Below the pieces are notes generated by a model. The model saw nothing but the letters and a program-made list of their open reading frames with translations. It had not been told where the DNA came from and ran no database searches. This document shows positions 57,928-64,000 of a stretch of 64,000 bases of DNA, in pieces. The translations under genes and the position numbers were made by a program. The stretch is from Bdellovibrionota bacterium (GTDB lineage: Bacteria; Bdellovibrionota_C; UBA2361; CALJRW01), in contig JBGSMD010000048.1 of assembly GCA_041740355.1 (NCBI GenBank), forward strand, positions 1-64,000. The letters are read 5' to 3'. How positions within the stretch are numbered: the first letter of the stretch is position 1; every line of letters starts with the position of its first letter.

Positions 57928-60258
57928 TCAAATATTTGGGCCCTCTGAAAGAGATCCAAAATCAATTGATTTCTTAAGAAGCCAATCTGCTTTTTCTAGA
58001 TCTCGGGGAACTCCTTTGCCTTCTCGGTAAAGCTCTGAAAGACGATGATAGGCACTAGGGTGATTACCTAAAATTGCCTTGTTGTAATAGTGCAGAGCTT
58101 TAGGGTAATTATTTTTTAGTCTCGGACTTTCATAGAAAACTCCTAATAAATAATACGAGTCGATATGTCCTTGAGAGGCCGATTTTTTTAGGTAATCAAG
58201 CGGAACTTCTAGACTATCCTCTTTACCTAATTTAGAAATTAAATAATTGGCATAGTGAAACAGAGCTCCTGGATGCTCAGATTCAGCCAAATATTTTAAG
58301 ATTCGCAGTCCCTCTGATTGTGTAGGTTGATCAATCGATTTAATTAGCAGAAGTGCATAGTTTAATGAGGCATTTGGGTTGCCAGCTTGATAACCTTTTT
58401 GGTAATAACCATAGCTTTTGATTGGATCTTTTATACCATATTGAGTGGTTTGATAGATATCACCTAAAATAGAGTAAGCTTCAATAACATTTTTATTTCT
58501 GGCAATCTCAAGCAGCTTCAAAGCTTCTGGAATATCCTGTTTAACTCCAAAGCCATTTAGATAAATTAAGGCTAACATTAAATTGGCATTAGGATTGTTA
58601 AGTGCTTTTGCTTGTTTTAGTTCCGCCAATGCTTTTTGATAATTTTGAGGATAGATTTCACCTTTTAAATGCTCCACCCCACTATGTACTAGTGCGGCAG
58701 AGAGATTCGCGGCTCTAGCTTGATCTAGATGTTTAGCAGCACTAACTTCATCTTTTGTCTGGCCTAAGCCATAAAGATAAATTTGAAAGAGATCAAAATC
58801 AGCTAAAGGATTAGAGTTGGAAGCAGATTTTTGTAACCAAAAAAATGCTTTATTATAGTCGCGGACTAGTTCTTTTCCTTCTAGATACCGATGTCCTATT
58901 TGATATTGAATGTTGCTATCAGTATTAATTTTTTGAGGATTTAAAGACTGCATAAAAAACTTACCTTCGGCAGTTTGATCTTCCATAATACTAGCAAAAT
59001 AAAACTCTCCAGTAGAATCAAAAATCTTACGATAAATTCCATCTAAATTTACCCCAAGTGGTAAAAGATAGTCCGTATTAGAATTGGAAATTATAATTGC
59101 TTGTTCCCCGAGCTTAAAAAAAATCTTAGCAGTTTCTATTTGCTTTGGATTGCTAACTTTGGCATGTCTTTTGATAAAAAGCCCTAATCCCTTTTCTAGA
59201 CTTGCTTCACCACTAATTTCTGAGGCACTGACGTATCTAGCATTTCTTAAGATACTTAGTGTTAACCTAAAAGATGTTGCTTTCGCGGAATCAATAAATA
59301 GCGTGCCGCCAGATCCATCACTATAGACCCCCACTAGGGCTGAACTTAGTAAGGAAGTATTTTTTAACTTTGTTAAAAGTATATTTCTTTCGTTAATCTT
59401 ATCAAATGAATTTTTCAAGACTAAATCATTGGAGTAACTTTCCCTTAGAAACTTTCCATCAAGTCCTAAATGCTCTTCCCAGTATTTATGATCCTTTTGA
59501 AAAGTTATTTTTTCACGTCCCGTGATCTTTTGTAAGTAAGACTGATAGTTGTTATTAAGACGAGTAGTTTTTTCAGCAATTTGAGTAGTTAGTAATTGTT
59601 TCTCTGCAGGAGTGTATTTTTTGGGTAGAAATTGCTGATCAAAGAAATAAAAGTCGTTAATGTTTTGGTTTGCAGAATTAAAGTGGGTAAGTCTTTCGAT
59701 CTGAGCCTTTTGCTGTATAGAATCAATTGGCTTAGACTTTGTGCCAATCCCTTCATATTCGAGAAACTCTTCATTTTTTGTTACACTATTTGCTAATTTT
59801 GGAAGATTAAGTTTTGGTTCTAAATTACTTGTAGGATCTACAGGTAGTTCTAAGTATTTATTATCTTCGGAAATTTTTAAGGAATTAGGCGGAGCTGTTT
59901 TGGCAGCAGCATCGCTAATTGTTAAACCTAAGTCTTCGAGATTTGGAATATTAATATTACCTGATATCTCATTTGGTAAATTATTTTCATTTTTATTTAT
60001 CGCCACTTCTCCTACATCTTCCCCTATGTTTAAATCTAAGTTAGGTTTAGCAGATATATTAGGAGCAGATTCCTTTGAAAAATCAGAAAAATTAAAACTA
60101 ATTTTTGGTAAGCTTAGCTTGCTAGTAATTTTGCTAGAACTTACACCAATACTTTTTTCTAATTCTGAGCCAGAGAATAAAAGAGCAAGGATCAACGTCG
60201 TTAGGCAGCCTAATAAAAAAGGAATCGAAAGCTTATTGTTTAAAGTTCTCCAGTTCAT
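57928..60258 (-). CDS. Membrane-anchored Sel1-repeat protein
   Basis: N-terminal TM; repeated A...LG..Y..G.GV.KD...A..W..KSA units in the C-terminal third. Confidence 0.85.
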   Translation of the reverse strand: MNWRTLNNKLSIPFLLGCLTTLILALLFSGSELEKSIGVSSSKITSKLSLPKISFNFSDFSKESAPNISAKPNLDLNIGEDVGEVAINKNENNLPNEISGNINIPNLEDLGLTISDAAAKTAPPNSLKISEDNKYLELPVDPTSNLEPKLNLPKLANSVTKNEEFLEYEGIGTKSKPIDSIQQKAQIERLTHFNSANQNINDFYFFDQQFLPKKYTPAEKQLLTTQIAEKTTRLNNNYQSYLQKITGREKITFQKDHKYWEEHLGLDGKFLRESYSNDLVLKNSFDKINERNILLTKLKNTSLLSSALVGVYSDGSGGTLFIDSAKATSFRLTLSILRNARYVSASEISGEASLEKGLGLFIKRHAKVSNPKQIETAKIFFKLGEQAIIISNSNTDYLLPLGVNLDGIYRKIFDSTGEFYFASIMEDQTAEGKFFMQSLNPQKINTDSNIQYQIGHRYLEGKELVRDYNKAFFWLQKSASNSNPLADFDLFQIYLYGLGQTKDEVSAAKHLDQARAANLSAALVHSGVEHLKGEIYPQNYQKALAELKQAKALNNPNANLMLALIYLNGFGVKQDIPEALKLLEIARNKNVIEAYSILGDIYQTTQYGIKDPIKSYGYYQKGYQAGNPNASLNYALLLIKSIDQPTQSEGLRILKYLAESEHPGALFHYANYLISKLGKEDSLEVPLDYLKKSASQGHIDSYYLLGVFYESPRLKNNYPKALHYYNKAILGNHPSAYHRLSELYREGKGVPRDLEKADWLLKKSIDFGSLSEGPNI

Positions 60259-61436
60259 TAAACAGTTTTCTTAACCTCTGCTTTGTTAACCTCTGCTTTG
60301 TTAACCTCTGTTTGTTCCCAATTTTGAAGTTGTGATTTAGCAACCTTTAACTGCGATTCATAAATCTGGTTAAGAATTTCTCGATTCAGTTTTAATTCCT
60401 GATCGGTTCTTTCTTGATTTTTAATTTTAGTAATTTCAATTTCATAATCAGCTTCAATTTTAGCCTTGGCCTCTAAAACGCGAGCAGCTTCTTTCTGTTG
60501 ATTTTTGTAGCTATATAACCAATCTTCATAAGCACCAGATTCTGACATCATTTTAAAAAGCACTGGAGAAACTTCAATAAAAATAAATAGAATTGTAACT
60601 AACCATTTAATCCAAAAAGCTACCTGATCTCTCTCGGTTATTCGATGCAGGGCTTGAATCTTAGATAAAAGCTTGTCAGCTTTGCCATAAGTTTCATCTA
60701 GTGTCTGCTTTGTTTGTTCTTTATTATTGCTAATAGCTAGGATTTTATTACGTTTATCTTCAATCTCGAACTCACGCTCTTTCTTAAATGTTTCAAATTC
60801 CGATCTAAATTGATTAAATCTTTCTAATTTGTCTTGGTAGCGATACCCAATACCTACTTTTCCACTCCCGCCGCTACCATCCCCCTCTTTAATATAATCA
60901 TCTCGGTAAGTATTGTATAACTTTCTTTGCTCAGCAATTTCTAAATTTAAATTTTCAATGTCATTTTTTAATTCACCGATTTTCTGATCATTAACATTTA
61001 ACTTCTCAGTATTCTTTTCTAAGTTTCGACTTTTCTCCTCACTAATTTCGATTTCAATTTCGCTTTGAAAAATACGAAGCTCTAGAGGTGTAGAAATAAT
61101 GAATCCCAGTAGAATCGCCATCATTAAACGAGGGAAAGCAGTGATCGCTTCAGAAAAAGTAATCTTGGGAGTTCCATCTCCTCTGCCGGTTGTACTAACG
61201 ATGTATCGATCTAAGTTGAAAATTACTAGACCCCAAAACATACCAAATAAAATTGCTTTTTGATCATCTTCAAATACCGTATGAAATGCATAACCTCCGG
61301 CACCAAAAGCCATTAATGATGTAAGGAAGATAGTCAGGCCCATTCCAAAATACTTGGCATGATCGCTTGGATAGCGCTTTAAGATTTCTATATTTGCTCC
61401 AGCACACCACCACATAAAATGATTGATTAGGTACAT
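60258..61436 (-). CDS. DUF4407-family membrane/coiled-coil protein
   Basis: FMWWCAGA, KYFGMG, IFNLDRYIVS, PLELRIF..EI, GSGKVG.G, IEVSPVLFK. Confidence 0.85.
   Translation of the reverse strand: MYLINHFMWWCAGANIEILKRYPSDHAKYFGMGLTIFLTSLMAFGAGGYAFHTVFEDDQKAILFGMFWGLVIFNLDRYIVSTTGRGDGTPKITFSEAITAFPRLMMAILLGFIISTPLELRIFQSEIEIEISEEKSRNLEKNTEKLNVNDQKIGELKNDIENLNLEIAEQRKLYNTYRDDYIKEGDGSGGSGKVGIGYRYQDKLERFNQFRSEFETFKKEREFEIEDKRNKILAISNNKEQTKQTLDETYGKADKLLSKIQALHRITERDQVAFWIKWLVTILFIFIEVSPVLFKMMSESGAYEDWLYSYKNQQKEAARVLEAKAKIEADYEIEITKIKNQERTDQELKLNREILNQIYESQLKVAKSQLQNWEQTEVNKAEVNKAEVKKTV
60271..60310. repeat. 15-bp tandem repeat TTAACCTCTGCTTTG, about 2.7 copies
   Basis: Encodes EVNKA-EVNKA-EVK at the DUF4407 C-terminus. 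Confidence 0.85.
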
Positions 61437-62593
61437 TATTTTATTCCTCTAACGTTGTTTAAAATTTTTGTTGGATTAAGATCGACATCAACTTGACTGA
61501 AAAGTTGAGAAGTCTGAGTATTTAAATCTAATTTACTAATACTTGGAGGTAGAATCTTTAATTGCTGAGTGTGAATTGAATGTTCTAGCGTTGTCGGAGT
61601 ATAAGCCAAATTAAAGGCTGGTAGGTTTGTATAATTTGGTTTGGCAAGTTGGCTTGCTATCGGATAAGTTTTTGGCTCAGTCATAATTGGAGCAGTAATA
61701 TGTACATTTACAAATTGATTTTGCTTAATATCGGAATACTTAATCACAAGGTTTTTTTGAAAAATGCCCTGTTTGCTTTTAATTGTAAGCGTGTAGTTTG
61801 TATCAGCTGTTAATTGGACGGTTTGTTGGCCATTAGCTGGGACATTTCCAACACCACTTAGAGTATTCTCTGAGTCAAGTGGGCACTGCCAATAAAGCAC
61901 TGCCTGGTTATCATTACAAAAAACTATTTGTCGATCAGCAAAAAATGAGATTGTCTCATTCGGTACAACACTGATTGGAATTACTCGAGTAAAGCAAAAT
62001 TCATTTGGAGAATAGACGCGTAGTTTAAGTAATTGCTTATAGTTTACTTTAACTTTTCCAGTACCATTAAGTTCAGCTGGTTGATTATTAACCCATAAAT
62101 AAACTTTTACTTTTGTGGGCAAGTCTTGTACTTGCCAGAAATAGTCAACTTCTGTTCCAGCAAAGACTTCAGAATTGGAGGTATAGAAACTTATTAGAGG
62201 GAATTTATAAAAATATTCCTTGGAAATTAATTCACTATTGCCCCTGATCAGATAAAATTGATCAGCCAGCAATTTAATTTTTTCTTGGTTTAACTCTGAG
62301 TAATTTATCGATAAATCATAAGTTTGCTGAAAATCGATAATTGCAAAGCTTGTAATTGATTTTGATATTAGATTCAAATCATTAAGATAATATACAAGGC
62401 TTCCTAATTTGATAATCGATTCCAGCAGCTTAATTTTGCGATCATTCGTGATTACTTCCCGGAAAATAATTTGAAGATCAAGCTGATAATGCTCACGATG
62501 AATTAATAGTTTCTGAAGCAATTCTATGGAAGGTTCTTTTGACAAGTATAAGTATAATGAGTGCTTTGATTTTAGAATTTCATCAATCAGCAT
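61436..62593 (-). CDS. Hypothetical protein: degenerate PLD-like N-terminus plus two Ig-like beta domains
   Basis: ITSFAIID....LSINYS resembles HxK(x4)D...GSxN; ISFYT../ISFFAD...W...G.V...YTL repeats. Confidence 0.55.
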   Translation of the reverse strand: MLIDEILKSKHSLYLYLSKEPSIELLQKLLIHREHYQLDLQIIFREVITNDRKIKLLESIIKLGSLVYYLNDLNLISKSITSFAIIDFQQTYDLSINYSELNQEKIKLLADQFYLIRGNSELISKEYFYKFPLISFYTSNSEVFAGTEVDYFWQVQDLPTKVKVYLWVNNQPAELNGTGKVKVNYKQLLKLRVYSPNEFCFTRVIPISVVPNETISFFADRQIVFCNDNQAVLYWQCPLDSENTLSGVGNVPANGQQTVQLTADTNYTLTIKSKQGIFQKNLVIKYSDIKQNQFVNVHITAPIMTEPKTYPIASQLAKPNYTNLPAFNLAYTPTTLEHSIHTQQLKILPPSISKLDLNTQTSQLFSQVDVDLNPTKILNNVRGIK

Positions 62594-62594
62594 T

Positions 62595-63320
62595 TTATCT
62601 CCTTAAGTGTTTAAAGATAAAAGCGCTTGTTACGGTGGCAATCATTAAATAAATAATTGCCGTGATAATTTCATTGCTAAATAATAAATATAGGCCAAGT
62701 ATGAAGAGACTCATGAGTGATAGTCCCAGAAAATAGTGACAAATAATTTTCCAAATACCAAAGCTATTAGTTTTTATTTCACGGGGTACCCGAGAATAAG
62801 GCTGTTCCCGTTCCTTTCTAGCAATTGACTCTAAATAATATTCTAAAATTTTATTAGTTCTAGTTGTAAGGCTTGTTAATCTTTGATTGTTTTCTGTTTG
62901 ACCTAGACTTAGTAGCACATCTTCAAGGGATGCATAGGCCAGGTCAGTTTTTCTTTGATAATCTTCTAAAACTGAAAAATGACTAGTTTTTTCAAGTTGT
63001 AAATTGGGAGTTAAGATGTTTTTATTAAGTTGGCTCAAAAAAACATGATCTTCTACAACTACTTCCGGATATAAATAAATTTGAAAAAGTTTATTAATAT
63101 CTTCTATAAAATATTCACAGGAAAAGATTTGAGATTTAGGTTGATTAGTATCCAGATTGATTTGATGGTGAGCACGTTTAATAATTTGTTGATTAACCTT
63201 GTCATATAAAATCCAGGCTATCTCAGGACAAAGCTTGGATTTGTTTACTTGCTGCGCTGTGAGATCCGGCGTGAAATCAAGCACTAAGGCAAATGGATTA
63301 GAGTATTCGGCCATCGACAA
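62595..63320 (-). CDS. Degenerate DEDD 3'-5' exonuclease-like domain plus two C-terminal TM helices
   Basis: ALVLDF...EIAWILYD...II resembles the DnaQ-like ExoI region but lacks the DxE pair; hydrophobic C-terminus. Confidence 0.5.
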   Translation of the reverse strand: MSMAEYSNPFALVLDFTPDLTAQQVNKSKLCPEIAWILYDKVNQQIIKRAHHQINLDTNQPKSQIFSCEYFIEDINKLFQIYLYPEVVVEDHVFLSQLNKNILTPNLQLEKTSHFSVLEDYQRKTDLAYASLEDVLLSLGQTENNQRLTSLTTRTNKILEYYLESIARKEREQPYSRVPREIKTNSFGIWKIICHYFLGLSLMSLFILGLYLLFSNEIITAIIYLMIATVTSAFIFKHLRR

Positions 63321-63511
63321 AATATGGTAGTTTTACAAGTAAAAGTAATAAGTTAACTGATTTAAGATTACAACATAATTCTGATGCACAGAGACCTTAA
63401 TAATTGGCAAATAATTAGTGTGCTATAGTTAGAATGTCTTGATTGCAAAGTTATTTAATAACCTTGTTTTATTCTAAAGTTAAAAGCTTTAGTTATTTTA
63501 ACTTTATAAGA

Positions 63512-64000
63512 TTGGTATTAGCCTTGATCAATAAGAAATCAAAAGTAATCATTATCGGAGCAGGTTTTGCCGGACTACAATTAGTCGAGAACCTATCAGA
63601 AGACTATTTTGAGATATTGTTAATTGATAAGTTAAATCATCATCAGTTTCAACCTCTTTTTTATCAAGTTGCTACATCTCAAATTGAACCAAGTAGTATT
63701 TCCTTTCCACTAAGGAAAATCTTCCAAAAAAGAAGTAATTTGCAAATTAGAATGGCAGAAGTTTCTGAAATCATCCCGACTTTAAAAAAGGTTTGCACAA
63801 ATTTGGGCGATTTTGGATATGATTATCTAATTATTGCGACAGGCTGTCAGACTAATTATTTTGGCAATCCGCGTATCGAGCAATATTGCTATGGCCTCAA
63901 AACCACCTATGATGCTATTAAAATCAGAAATGCCCTATTACTAAATTTTGAAAAATGGATTTCAGCAAATCAGGAGGAACTAGAGCTGCTTTCTAATATA
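63512..64000 (+). CDS. ndh: Type II NADH dehydrogenase-family flavoprotein, truncated by the window end (absent from the ORF track)
   Basis: Manual translation: KVIIIGAGFAGL...LIDKLNHHQFQPLFYQVAT...YDYLIIATG; TTG start at 63512 or 63524. Confidence 0.9.
   Translation, partial: MVLALINKKSKVIIIGAGFAGLQLVENLSEDYFEILLIDKLNHHQFQPLFYQVATSQIEPSSISFPLRKIFQKRSNLQIRMAEVSEIIPTLKKVCTNLGDFGYDYLIIATGCQTNYFGNPRIEQYCYGLKTTYDAIKIRNALLLNFEKWISANQEELELLSNI

Noticed and set aside
59741-60274. 177-aa plus-strand ORF
   Set aside because: Antisense shadow of the Sel1-repeat gene

Overview
AT-rich bacterial DNA (roughly 35% GC by eye). The Myxococcus-type Cys-rich repeats and the gene mix suggest a Bdellovibrionota/deltaproteobacterial-like lineage, which is inference only. 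The centrepiece is a complete plasmid-style replicon at 12.4-16.1 kb: an RPA-family RepA divergent from Soj/Spo0J-like parAB, an array of 18-bp iterons at 22-bp pitch, a GATC cluster, an AT-rich tract and two identical non-canonical 17-bp parS-like palindromes. It sits among housekeeping genes (ispA, folC, trpS, ilvA) next to an orphan DpnA-like GATC methyltransferase, so it looks like a chromid origin or a Rep-driven chromosomal origin. Other highlights: a tripartite hipBST-like toxin-antitoxin operon with an operator array; a 5315-aa Calx-beta/Cys-rich/Asp-rich surface protein; a basic Cys-patterned C-terminal domain shared by three otherwise unrelated secreted proteins (candidate sorting/anchoring signal); a degenerate cbb3-oxidase-like cluster (CcoN-like, MFS-CcoO fusion, MBL hydrolase) divergent from MMPL-YceI-menA; and a coupled four-gene operon (pseudo-exonuclease, pseudo-PLD, DUF4407, Sel1). 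I saw no rRNA, tRNA, CRISPR array, integrase or transposase. All family calls are from motif recognition, not database searches.
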